Assembly: GCA_964599625.1 (NCBI GenBank)
Contig: CAZRGC010000001.1
Span: forward strand, 179,388 to 243,387
Length of the DNA: 64,000 nt
Source of the DNA: an uncultured Gammaproteobacteria bacterium
Lineage (GTDB): Bacteria > Patescibacteriota > Microgenomatia > UBA8517
Direction of reading: 5' to 3'
Program-made: the position numbers and the translations under genes
The notes under the pieces: model-generated
What the model saw: only the letters and a program-made list of their open reading frames with translations
The model's database searches: none
Told to the model about the DNA's origin: nothing
Shown: in pieces, positions 55,302 through 64,000 of the stretch
Layout: each line of letters opens with the position of its first letter
Numbering within the stretch: position 1 is the first letter of the stretch

Positions 55302-56408
55302 GTGAAAAAGTTTAAACTTCAAAAGCAGAAATACGGGTTGGATAAAAATTTATTGATTCTTGTTTTTGTTCTTCTTTCTATGGGGTTGGTATTTATCGCA
55401 GACGCTTCAGCTCCGCAAGCCCTAAATCAATACGGTGATAAGTTTTTTTTCGTCAAACAGCAACTTCAATGGGCAGTGATAGGAATAGCAGCATTATTTG
55501 TTTTTTCTAATGTGCATTATTCATTTTGGGAGAAAATTGCAACGCCATTGTTTTTTCTCTCCATTTTTTTACTTTTGATAGTATTGCTGCCGCATTTTGG
55601 CTTGAAGGCTCTTGGTGCAAGAAGGTGGATATCAGTTGGTTTTATTAACTTTCAACCCTCGGAAGTTATAAAGCTTTCAATGGCTGTCTACCTTGCCAAA
55701 GTAACTTCAAAATCCAAAAAACCTTTGTCTTACTTTCTGCCGTTGGGTCTGGTTGCGCTTTTGATAATGGGACAACCGGATTTGGGAACAACGATGGTGG
55801 TTGCTTTGATTGGGTTGGCTCAAATCTTTGTTGCAGAAGTCAGTATTTATTACTTTTTGGGTGCGCTGTTATTTGGGGGGTTGGGAGTTGTCGGCTTGAT
55901 ACTCACCTCCCCTTACAGGAAAGATCGCCTACTAACATTTTTACAAATGACCAACGATCCATTGGGCAAGTCGTACCACATTAGGCAGGTGCTTTTGGCA
56001 TTGGGCTCCGGAGGTGTGTTTGGTGTCGGTTTGGGTTCATCCAGGCAAAAATATTTATTTCTTCCGGAATCATCAACTGATTCGATATTCGCAGTGATTG
56101 GTGAAGAGCTTGGACTTTTTGGTGGTGCTGTGTTAATCAGCCTTTTTGTTTACTTTGTGATTAGGGGTTTAAAGATTGCAAGAGGTGCCCCTGATAAGTT
56201 TTCGCAAAGCTTGGCTACAGGTATAACAGCATGGATAGCCGGTCAGGCATTCTTGAACATTTCAGCTATGGTTGCTCTGGTTCCTTTGACTGGAATTCCG
56301 TTGCCATTTTTGTCATACGGTGGAAGTAGTTTGCTTATGATTCTTTCCGCATGCGGTATACTTCTAAATATATCCAAAAATGCAAGCCTCGAAAAAATCA
56401 AAAGATAA
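55302..56408 (+). CDS. ftsW: SEDS peptidoglycan glycosyltransferase FtsW
   Basis: GARRWI, FQPSE, QPDLG, LPE..TDSIFAVIGEELG, TGIPLPFLSYGGSS. Confidence 0.96.
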   Translation: MKKFKLQKQKYGLDKNLLILVFVLLSMGLVFIADASAPQALNQYGDKFFFVKQQLQWAVIGIAALFVFSNVHYSFWEKIATPLFFLSIFLLLIVLLPHFGLKALGARRWISVGFINFQPSEVIKLSMAVYLAKVTSKSKKPLSYFLPLGLVALLIMGQPDLGTTMVVALIGLAQIFVAEVSIYYFLGALLFGGLGVVGLILTSPYRKDRLLTFLQMTNDPLGKSYHIRQVLLALGSGGVFGVGLGSSRQKYLFLPESSTDSIFAVIGEELGLFGGAVLISLFVYFVIRGLKIARGAPDKFSQSLATGITAWIAGQAFLNISAMVALVPLTGIPLPFLSYGGSSLLMILSACGILLNISKNASLEKIKR

Positions 56409-57492
56409 TATCGTTCTTACGGGCGGACACGGTGCTACTGCTGCTTATGCTTTGGTAGAGGAAATACTAAAATCCGCTAGTCACCCAACTATCTATTGGA
56501 TAGGTACAAAAAAGGCAATTGAAGGAAATAATTCATCAACCTTAGAGTTCAAAATACTTCCCAAATTGGGGGTTAACTTTGTTGAAATAATGGCGGGAAG
56601 GTTGCAACGAAGATTTACTTGGTACACTATCCCGTCGATGATAAAAATACCCATAGGCTTTTTCCAGGCTCTTGGGCAAATAATCAAAATACATCCTAGG
56701 GTTGTGGTTTCTTTTGGTGGTTTTGCCTCATTTCCTGTTGTTCTGGCGGCAAAAATCTTTGGCATACCAACAATTCTTCATGAGCAGACTGTGGTTGCCG
56801 GCCGTTCGTCTTTGGCTTCTGCTTTTTTTGTTGATCAAATAGCTTTGGCCAGGGAGGAAAGCCTAAGGTTTTTCCCCAAAAAAAAGACATTGGTGGTCGG
56901 TAACCCTATTAACTCCGAGATTTTGGCAATAAAGCCCAAAAGTCCACACAAAAACAGGAAGACTATTTTTGTTACAGGTGGGTCCAGAGGTTCTGTAAGT
57001 GTAAATTCGGTATTGGAAAAAATTCTTCCTTCTATTTTGGCTGCATATAAAATAATTCATCAGACAGGGGAACTGGATTACGAAAAGTTTATAAAACTCA
57101 GGGCAGCCTTGCCGTCTGAACTTAGAAACAATTATCAGGTTTCTGATGTAATGGACCCACACGACATGGCGTTGGCCTACGAGGCTTCGGATTTGATCGT
57201 GTCGCGAGCGGGTGCCAATACTGTTTCTGAAATAGTATCGTCCAAAAGACCGGCTGTTTTAATACCACTTGCTATAAGCTACAAAGATGAACAAACTGAA
57301 AACGCCAGGTGGGCACAAAGGTTTGTCCCTGTTGTTGTCCTCAATCAAAAAGATTTAGATTCAGATAATCTTCTTAAAGCAATTGAAAAATTAACCAGTG
57401 TGGCAACTTCAGTCAATGATTTCAAATATGAGTCTCCAGACAAGTATGCTTCCAAAAAACTGGTTGGCCTAATAGATCAATGGATAAGATAA
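56380..57492 (+). CDS. murG: Undecaprenyl-PP-MurNAc-pentapeptide GlcNAc transferase
   Basis: TGGHG, GRLQR, FGGFAS.P, HEQ, GNP, GGSRGS, SRAGANT..E, EQ..NA. Confidence 0.94.
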   Translation: MQASKKSKDNIVLTGGHGATAAYALVEEILKSASHPTIYWIGTKKAIEGNNSSTLEFKILPKLGVNFVEIMAGRLQRRFTWYTIPSMIKIPIGFFQALGQIIKIHPRVVVSFGGFASFPVVLAAKIFGIPTILHEQTVVAGRSSLASAFFVDQIALAREESLRFFPKKKTLVVGNPINSEILAIKPKSPHKNRKTIFVTGGSRGSVSVNSVLEKILPSILAAYKIIHQTGELDYEKFIKLRAALPSELRNNYQVSDVMDPHDMALAYEASDLIVSRAGANTVSEIVSSKRPAVLIPLAISYKDEQTENARWAQRFVPVVVLNQKDLDSDNLLKAIEKLTSVATSVNDFKYESPDKYASKKLVGLIDQWIR

Positions 57493-58157
57493 AAAAATTT
57501 TTGCCCATCTTTTTGTTTCTGGGAATCTTTTTGACAATTTTTATATATCCTTTTCGTATAAAAGTTCAGGTCGGTTGCGAAACCCAATATGGCGAGTGCC
57601 CCAAAGAGATTTTGGAAGTAGTTAAAAAATTTGAAGGTAAAAATCTGATTGCTGCCAGGTCTGGGATCAAAAAAGAAGTAAGAAAAAATGTGCTGGTGTC
57701 TGATGCCTCCTTGCAGTTTAAATTGCCTTCACGGCTTTTGATAAATATTCTTATTAAAAAACCTTCATTTAATTTACATTCTATTTCTGAAAATAAGTAT
57801 TCACTGGTTGGCCAAGACGGCCTGGTTTTACTAATGGCATCAAATTCAAATTTGCCCATGGTAGAAATAGAGAATTTGGCAATTAAACCCGGTGATCGTG
57901 TTAGTGATGACGTTTTATTTTCATCACGGATTGTGCTTGGGGTGCACTCAATGTATTCTGCGCAAGTGGGAAGAATCTCGGATGAGGGTTTGGTTGTTGA
58001 ACTACCGAATGGTATTAGAGTAATATTTCCTTTACAGGGCGATACCGACGTCCTTCTTGGTTCACTGCGTCTGATATATTCAAAGTTGGACACAGAAGAA
58101 TATTCTGGGAAATACAAACAAATAGACTTGCGTTTTAAAAATCCGGTATTAAGATGA
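57480..58157 (+). CDS. ftsQ: FtsQ/DivIB-like protein
   Basis: TM, POTRA-like segment (KLP..L.I), C-terminal IDLRF..PV; located between murG and ftsA. Confidence 0.72.
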   Translation: MDKIKKFLPIFLFLGIFLTIFIYPFRIKVQVGCETQYGECPKEILEVVKKFEGKNLIAARSGIKKEVRKNVLVSDASLQFKLPSRLLINILIKKPSFNLHSISENKYSLVGQDGLVLLMASNSNLPMVEIENLAIKPGDRVSDDVLFSSRIVLGVHSMYSAQVGRISDEGLVVELPNGIRVIFPLQGDTDVLLGSLRLIYSKLDTEEYSGKYKQIDLRFKNPVLR

Positions 58158-58185
58158 TTAGTAGTTATAAATAAGTATTAAAAAA

Positions 58186-59463
58186 ATGTCAAAAAACAGA
58201 GTGCTAGCCGCAATAGAAATAGGATCTTCAAAGGTTGCCACACTTATCAGTAAAGTAGAAGAGGATCCTGTGAGCTTGGAGTCGGTAATAAATATAGTGG
58301 GAGCATCTTCGGTAGCCTCCAAAGGAATAAAAAAAGGCCAAATAGTTAACATTGAAGAAGCGGTTGAGGCCGCAGTCAGCTCTGTTGAATCTTCCGAACG
58401 TATGGCGGGTTACAATTTGGATTCTGCGTATTTGGCTATAGGCGGCGCACAAATTCACTCTCAAAATTCACATGGTGTAGTGGCTATTTCAGACCCAAAT
58501 GGTGAAATAACACAAAGCGATGTTGACAGAGCAATCGAAGCTGCTTCTGCGGTCACACTTCCGGCTTCGCGCGAAGTGATTCATGTTTTGCCCAGAGAAT
58601 ACATAGTAGACGGCGAGTCTGGGGTCAGAGACCCAATAGGTATGAGTGGTGTAAGGCTTGAAGTCGATACCCATATTATTTCTGCCAGCAGTTCATCAAT
58701 TAAAAATATAAAAAAAGCAGTTGCAGAAGTTGGTATCCAGATCGAGGGCATGGTGTTTACAGGGCTTGCATCAGCAGAAGCTGTTGTTTCACCCACCGAA
58801 AAAGAACTTGGCTGCGTTTTGATAGACGTTGGTGGCGGCACCACCTCGATTGTTGTGTTTGTTGACGGATCAATAAGTTATTCGGGCGTCATCCCTATTG
58901 GAGCCAGCCATGTTACTAATGATTTAGCGGTTGGACTAAGATGTAGTCTAGAAGATGCCGAAAAAATAAAGTTGGCCTTGTCCTCCAAAAAGAAAAAAAC
59001 AGGAACTGCAGCTATTCCCGAAGAAGACGAGTTGGATCTTTCTACGCTTGGAGTTACCGAAATTAGAAAAATTAGCAGGAAGACATTGTTGGAAGGAATA
59101 ATAAGGCCCAGATTAAACGAAATTTTCACTATGGTGAAAATCGAGTTGGAAAAACAAGGTCTTGCAAACAGAATTCCCTCGGGTGCAATTATTACTGGCG
59201 GCGGCGCCGAAACCGCAGGTGTGATTGATTCTGCAAAAAGAATGCTTGGCTTGCAAGTCAGAGTTGGTATACCTTCTAACTTAACGGGGCTTATTGACGA
59301 TATTATGACTCCGGCCTTTTCCACAAGTATAGGATTATTAAAATTCGGAGTTAAACAGTCACCTTCTCAAAACTTGACAAGCTTCAGAAAAAAGATAAAA
59401 CTACCTCAGGCGTCTGGATTTTTAGGGAAAATTATTGACTCTGTTCGTGACCTTCTGCCCTGA
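58186..59463 (+). CDS. ftsA: Cell division protein FtsA
   Basis: EIGSSKV, G.KKG.IV, PIGMSGVRLE, IDVGGGTT, TGGGA, C-terminal amphipathic helix. Confidence 0.97.
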   Translation: MSKNRVLAAIEIGSSKVATLISKVEEDPVSLESVINIVGASSVASKGIKKGQIVNIEEAVEAAVSSVESSERMAGYNLDSAYLAIGGAQIHSQNSHGVVAISDPNGEITQSDVDRAIEAASAVTLPASREVIHVLPREYIVDGESGVRDPIGMSGVRLEVDTHIISASSSSIKNIKKAVAEVGIQIEGMVFTGLASAEAVVSPTEKELGCVLIDVGGGTTSIVVFVDGSISYSGVIPIGASHVTNDLAVGLRCSLEDAEKIKLALSSKKKKTGTAAIPEEDELDLSTLGVTEIRKISRKTLLEGIIRPRLNEIFTMVKIELEKQGLANRIPSGAIITGGGAETAGVIDSAKRMLGLQVRVGIPSNLTGLIDDIMTPAFSTSIGLLKFGVKQSPSQNLTSFRKKIKLPQASGFLGKIIDSVRDLLP

Positions 59464-59477
59464 CCCATTAGGCAGGC

Positions 59478-59506
59478 TTGATTCTTTCCTCTGCTCACTA
59501 TAAAAT
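59478..59506 (+). promoter_or_regulatory. Internal sigma70 promoter for ftsZ
   Basis: TTGATT (59478-59483), 17-bp spacer, TAAAAT (59501-59506). Confidence 0.6.
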
Positions 59507-59544
59507 GCGGCGATAGTTATTTAGCGTCTTAAAAAAATAAATAT

Positions 59545-60702
59545 ATGGCATTAGTAAAACCCGACTCTGCAAGAATAGCAAAAATAAAAGTTATAGGAGT
59601 CGGCGGCGGTGGAGGAAACGCCATATCTTCAATGATAGACTCTGGAAACATTAATGGTGTCGAGTTTATTGCAGTTAATACAGATGCTCAGGTACTTCTT
59701 GCCAATAAAGCTCCAACTAAACTTCAGATTGGTGAAAAACTTACAAAAGGACTGGGTGTAGGCGGTCATCCGGAGATTGGAGAGCAGGCTGCCCAGGAAT
59801 CGGTCGAAAAAATAAAAGAACTTCTCATTGATTCCGACATGGTGTTCGTTACCGCGGGTATGGGTGGTGGGACCGGAACTGGTGCGGCGCCTGTAATTGC
59901 AAAGTTGGCAAAAGACAGTGGTGCCTTAACGGTCGGGGTGGTTACAAAACCTTTTGCATTTGAAGGAACCAGGAGGTCGGTAGCCGCAGAAGACGGAATA
60001 GAAAAATTAAAAGAAGCTACAGACACTTTAATTGTTATTCCAAATCAACGGCTAATGGATGTTATCGACAAAAAGATGACGTTGATCGAGGCTTTTAAAG
60101 TTGTTGATGGAGTTTTGGGTCAGGCAGTTGGGGGAATAGCTGACATTATTACAACGGCAGGTTTGGTAAACGTCGACTTTGCAGACGTTAAAACAATCAT
60201 GAAAGACGCAGGCTCTGCACTTTTGGGTATCGGAACCGGCGTCGGAGAAAACAGGGCTCAAATGGCGGCACGGGCCGCAGTCAGTTCCCCGCTTTTGGAT
60301 CTTTCCATAGAGGGTGCAAGGGGAGTTCTGTTTAACATAGCAGGCGGAAACGACTTGACCATGTTTGAAGTGGACGAGGCAGCCAAAATTATAAGTTCGT
60401 CTGCCGATCCAGATGCCAACGTTATATTTGGGGCTGTAATAAAAGACGACCTCAACGACCAGGTAAAGATTACCGTTATAGCAACAGGGTTTGACGAAAC
60501 CAGATCCAAGCTTGCACAGATGAGTAAACCCATAACCCAACCGCTTGTTCAGGGGGTAATTGGCGACTCACCTATGATCCAAAAGAAAAACGAAACCGAT
60601 GAAGACTCCGGCATGCCACCCGACGACGACGGAGCGGGTGGAGATGACGACATTTTTGGTACAAAGTTTGAGATCCCAGCATTCTTGAGGAAAGGACGGT
60701 AA
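59545..60702 (+). CDS. ftsZ: Cell division protein FtsZ
   Basis: [29 protein letters not shown]-terminal EIPAFLR. Confidence 0.99.
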   Translation: MALVKPDSARIAKIKVIGVGGGGGNAISSMIDSGNINGVEFIAVNTDAQVLLANKAPTKLQIGEKLTKGLGVGGHPEIGEQAAQESVEKIKELLIDSDMVFVTAGMGGGTGTGAAPVIAKLAKDSGALTVGVVTKPFAFEGTRRSVAAEDGIEKLKEATDTLIVIPNQRLMDVIDKKMTLIEAFKVVDGVLGQAVGGIADIITTAGLVNVDFADVKTIMKDAGSALLGIGTGVGENRAQMAARAAVSSPLLDLSIEGARGVLFNIAGGNDLTMFEVDEAAKIISSSADPDANVIFGAVIKDDLNDQVKITVIATGFDETRSKLAQMSKPITQPLVQGVIGDSPMIQKKNETDEDSGMPPDDDGAGGDDDIFGTKFEIPAFLRKGR

Positions 60703-60765
60703 ATCTACGTCTTGCCTCAAATTAGGCTTCTCATCGACCACTCTCTGTAGTAGAATAGGCTTCAT

Positions 60766-63700
60766 ATGGCCAAGAATAAGCCTTATTTTGAGGCTGTCGA
60801 GCCTAATGTAAATTTCCCCGAGCTTGAAAAGAAGCTCATTGATGAGTGGTATAAAAAGGGTGTAGTCAAAAAATACCTCCGTAAGAATGCTTCCTCCAAA
60901 AAATTCTTCTCTTTTCAAGATGGTCCAATTACGGCCAACAACCCAATGGGTGTTCACCATGCCTGGGGAAGAACCTATAAAGATTTATGGCAACGTTACA
61001 AAAACATGCAGGGTTATAGACAAAGATTCCAAAACGGTTTTGACGCACAAGGTCTTTGGGTAGAAGTGGAAGTCGAAAAAGAACTTGGCTTCAAAAGCAA
61101 AAAAGACATTGAGGAGTTTGGTATTGCCAAGTTTGTGCAGCTTTGTAGGGACCGTGTCAAAAAATATTCACAAATACAAACCGACCAAAGTAAAAGGTTG
61201 GGTTATTTTATGGACTGGGACCACTCCTATTACACACTAAGCGAAGACAACAACTACATGATTTGGCATTTTCTAAAAAAATGTTTTGACAATGGTTGGA
61301 TCTACAAAGGAAATGATTCTGTTCCCTGGTGTCCCAGATGTCAAACTGCAATTTCCCAGCACGAAATGCTCACCGAAGATTATAAAGAACTTACACATGA
61401 ATCTGTTTATTTGGCTTTTCCGATTGTCGGTCAGAAAGATGAATATTTTATGGTTTGGACAACAACACCGTGGACCATTCCGGCAAACATTGCAATAGCT
61501 ATTGATGAAAAAATCGAATATTCACAAATCGAAGTTGGTGCCAAAAAATATTGGATTGCGAAAGACGCTGTTGTCAGAGTTCTTGGTGGAGTAAAGTACA
61601 AATCTCTAAAAACAGTTCCCGGATCAAAACTGGCCGGCTTAAGGTATAAGGGCGCATTTGACGACTTGCCAAATGTTCAAGCTATTTCCGGAAAGAACGA
61701 GGACAAGTTTCACATTGTTGTTACAACAGATTCCCTGATTCTCCCTATTACCACAACAGAAGGCACCGGGCTTGTCCATACCGCTGTTTCTGCGGGATCG
61801 GAAGATTTTAAATTGGGCAAAAAGTTGGGTTTACCAATGGTTCCGGTCATCAACGACGACGCATCCTATATTCAAGGAATGGGATTTCTTTCCGGTGAAA
61901 ATGCTAAAAAACATCCGGAGGTGATCTTAGACTATCTAAAAAAACTCGATGCAGAAGGCAGACATTTTTATTTTAAGACAGAAAAAATAACTCACAGGTA
62001 CCCTGCTTGTTGGCGCTGCAAAACCGAACTAGTGTGGAAAGTCACCGATGAGTGGTATATCTCCATGGACACACCTCCATCAGTAAACAAAAAAGCAGAC
62101 AAACCTGTCAATTGGGACGAAGATGAGGAAACCCCCAAGCCTGACACCAGAACACTTAGAGAAAGAATGAAAGTTGTGGCCTCCAAAATCAATTGGATTC
62201 CGTCATTCGGGTTAGACAGAGAACTTGATTGGCTTACAAATATGCACGATTGGCTTATTAGTAAAAAGAACAGATATTGGGGTTTGGCATTGCCGATTTG
62301 GGAATGTAAAAACTGCGGAAAGTTTGAAGTTGTCGGATCGAAAGAAGAACTTAAAGAACGTTCAGTCGAGGGTTGGAAAAAGTTTGAACGGTTGACGCCC
62401 CATAAGCCGCAGATTGATGAAATAAAACTCAAATGCTCAGCCTGTGGGCATATTTCAGAAAGGATAGAACCAGTTGGAAATCCTTGGCTTGACGCCGGAA
62501 TTGTGCCCTTTTCTACAATAAGCGAAAATAATCAGGCCTGCAATTTTGATAAAACAAAAACGAAACCGCTCTATCTTGAAGATAGAAAAAGCTGGCTTAA
62601 TTGGTTTCCGGAAAGTTTCATTACGGAAAGTTTCCCGGGTCAGTTCAAAAACTGGTTTTATGCAATGATTGCAATGAGTACCGTTTTGGAAGACATCAAT
62701 CCATTCAAAACAGTATTGGGGTTTGCAACTTGTGTAGGCGAAGACGGCCGACCAATGCACAAAAGCTGGGGTAATTCTATTGAGTTCAACGAAGGTGCGG
62801 ACAAAATTGGAGTGGATGTTATGAGATGGATGTATGTCCGCCAAAACCCAGCCGAGAATATGCTTTTTGGATACAAAATCGCAGACGAAACAAGAAGGAG
62901 ATTCCATCTTAAACTTTGGAATATTTATAACTTTTTTGTAACGTATGCCAACATTGACGGTTTTGTGCCGGAAAAAACCAAAAAATCTGATTCGGTGTTG
63001 GATAAATGGCTCCTTGCCAGATTAGACGAGGTTTTGAATACAGTCACATCGTCGCTTGATAATTTTGACGCTTATACAGCTACAAATGCAATTGATAAGT
63101 TTGTTGACGATTTTTCACTTTGGTATATAAGGCGCTCCAGAGACCGGGTTGGACCAGCCGCAGAGTCCCAAAAGGATAAAAACGCTTTCTATTCGACATG
63201 TTTTTATGCCTTAGTAAATCTTTCAAAAGTATTGGCGCCTTTGATGCCTTTTATGAGCGAGACGATTTACAGGAATCTTACAAAAGATGAATCCGTGCAT
63301 CTTTCTGACTGGCCAAAACTAAAAGCAGTCAAGCCAGAACTTTCAGACATCATTAAGCAAATGGAAGTTGCCAGAGAAGTTGTAGAAAAAGCACATGCCC
63401 TAAGAAAAGAAAAAATGATTGCAGTAAAGCAGCCTTTGTCACGCCTAACTATATCGGGTTATGTTTTTGCGGAATCTGTTGCCAAACTTATTGCTGACGA
63501 GTTAAATGTTAAGGAAGTTGTCTCAAAAAGCTCAAAAGGGAAGATCGAAATTGATCTTGACACCAAAATTACTCAGGAGCTCAAAGAAGAGGCGGAAGTC
63601 AGAGAATTGGTGCGTTCGATCCAAGACGAAAGAAAGAAAATGGGTCTAACTCTCAACCAAAAAGTAAAAGTTAGGTTGCCGTTGCTACCCAAAAATAAGG

Positions 63701-63777
63701 ATCTGCTTGAGTGGGTCACAAAAAAGGCTCAAATCGAGGAACTCTCCGAAGGAAAATTCAAAGTAGAAAAAGTATAG
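60766..63777 (+). CDS. ileS: Isoleucine--tRNA ligase, type 2 (IleRS2)
   Basis: DGPITAN, GVHH, WTTTPWT, GTGLVH, YPACWRC, DWLISK.RYWG, PMHKS.GN, WYIRRSR; long C-terminus without the IleRS1 Zn finger. Confidence 0.96.
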   Translation: MAKNKPYFEAVEPNVNFPELEKKLIDEWYKKGVVKKYLRKNASSKKFFSFQDGPITANNPMGVHHAWGRTYKDLWQRYKNMQGYRQRFQNGFDAQGLWVEVEVEKELGFKSKKDIEEFGIAKFVQLCRDRVKKYSQIQTDQSKRLGYFMDWDHSYYTLSEDNNYMIWHFLKKCFDNGWIYKGNDSVPWCPRCQTAISQHEMLTEDYKELTHESVYLAFPIVGQKDEYFMVWTTTPWTIPANIAIAIDEKIEYSQIEVGAKKYWIAKDAVVRVLGGVKYKSLKTVPGSKLAGLRYKGAFDDLPNVQAISGKNEDKFHIVVTTDSLILPITTTEGTGLVHTAVSAGSEDFKLGKKLGLPMVPVINDDASYIQGMGFLSGENAKKHPEVILDYLKKLDAEGRHFYFKTEKITHRYPACWRCKTELVWKVTDEWYISMDTPPSVNKKADKPVNWDEDEETPKPDTRTLRERMKVVASKINWIPSFGLDRELDWLTNMHDWLISKKNRYWGLALPIWECKNCGKFEVVGSKEELKERSVEGWKKFERLTPHKPQIDEIKLKCSACGHISERIEPVGNPWLDAGIVPFSTISENNQACNFDKTKTKPLYLEDRKSWLNWFPESFITESFPGQFKNWFYAMIAMSTVLEDINPFKTVLGFATCVGEDGRPMHKSWGNSIEFNEGADKIGVDVMRWMYVRQNPAENMLFGYKIADETRRRFHLKLWNIYNFFVTYANIDGFVPEKTKKSDSVLDKWLLARLDEVLNTVTSSLDNFDAYTATNAIDKFVDDFSLWYIRRSRDRVGPAAESQKDKNAFYSTCFYALVNLSKVLAPLMPFMSETIYRNLTKDESVHLSDWPKLKAVKPELSDIIKQMEVAREVVEKAHALRKEKMIAVKQPLSRLTISGYVFAESVAKLIADELNVKEVVSKSSKGKIEIDLDTKITQELKEEAEVRELVRSIQDERKKMGLTLNQKVKVRLPLLPKNKDLLEWVTKKAQIEELSEGKFKVEKV

Positions 63778-63780
63778 GTA

Positions 63781-64000
63781 ATGAAGGATATATTTTTGTT
63801 CGGTCCTGTAATATTTCTTTTGATTCTTTCCTCATTTGTTTTGAGGTCTATATCGCCTTCGCTTTTCCCACTCCATTTTTTTTATCTTTTTTTGGGTGTA
63901 ATGATTTTTTGGTTTTTTTCACAAGTTGACTTTGACGTACTTTCGATATTTTCGAACCACTTGTATGTAGTTTCGATAGTTCTTCTTTTGATAACTTTAC
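63781..64000 (+). CDS. rodA: 3'-truncated SEDS protein, probable RodA
   Basis: ATG 63781 open to the window end: MKDIFLFGPVIFLLILSSFVLRSIS...FSQVDFDVL...LYVVSIVLLLITL, matching the TM1-3 pattern of RodA/FtsW. Confidence 0.65.
   Translation, partial: MKDIFLFGPVIFLLILSSFVLRSISPSLFPLHFFYLFLGVMIFWFFSQVDFDVLSIFSNHLYVVSIVLLLITL

Noticed and set aside
57566-58117. 183-aa antisense ORF, and similar shadow ORFs at 52110-52622, 60052-60540, 39562-40029, 31508-31972, 24287-24748 and 5078-5518
   Set aside because: They lie opposite well-supported genes and carry no recognisable motifs; typical antisense open frames
60713-60731. Terminator after ftsZ (GCCT-caaatt-AGGC)
   Set aside because: Only a 4-bp stem with a weak U-tract
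63711-63929. 72-aa ORF from the supplied track
   Set aside because: Overlaps the ileS 3' end; the frame starting at ATG 63781 gives a RodA-like N-terminus instead
1-64000. Alternative genetic code (UGA=Gly) or mobile elements
   Set aside because: TGA ends many conserved genes at the expected positions; no transposase, integrase or phage genes were recognised

Overview
Gene-dense, AT-rich bacterial chromosomal segment using genetic code 11. Gene content, compact proteins and motif variants point to a Patescibacteria/CPR bacterium, most likely Microgenomates such as Ca. Woesebacteria (inference). There are three blocks. (1) 1-30.3 kb is a large surface-glycan locus: about 13 soluble GT2/GT4 genes, about 5 integral-membrane GT-C (ArnT/PMT-like) enzymes, a Wzx flippase, an O-antigen-ligase-like protein, an AsnB-type amidotransferase, methyl- and acetyltransferases, ManC, a priming phosphoglycosyltransferase and a DUF4012 protein. 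(2) 30.3-39.3 kb holds recO, znuCB without a binding protein, a DEDDy exonuclease with a clamp-binding-like tail, msrB, a RecB/Cas4-like nuclease, msrA, an LCP protein, glyQS and several orphans. (3) 39.4-64 kb is an expanded dcw cluster (mraZ to ftsZ, also containing murA, glmR/yvcK, murB, murI and ddl), followed by ileS and the start of rodA. The most notable items are: a MurE fused to only the uridyltransferase half of GlmU, joined head-to-head to a GNAT through a 15-bp palindromic bidirectional promoter and next to GlmR (candidate alternative UDP-GlcNAc supply module); LCP-like motifs in the DUF4012 protein; Asp-type MurA; IleRS2 with GVHH/PMHKS signatures; parallel central-domain shortening of all four Mur ligases; and widespread leaderless promoter architecture. 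No CRISPR array, complete tRNA/rRNA, transposase or integrase was seen. All calls come from motif reading by eye, with no database searches.
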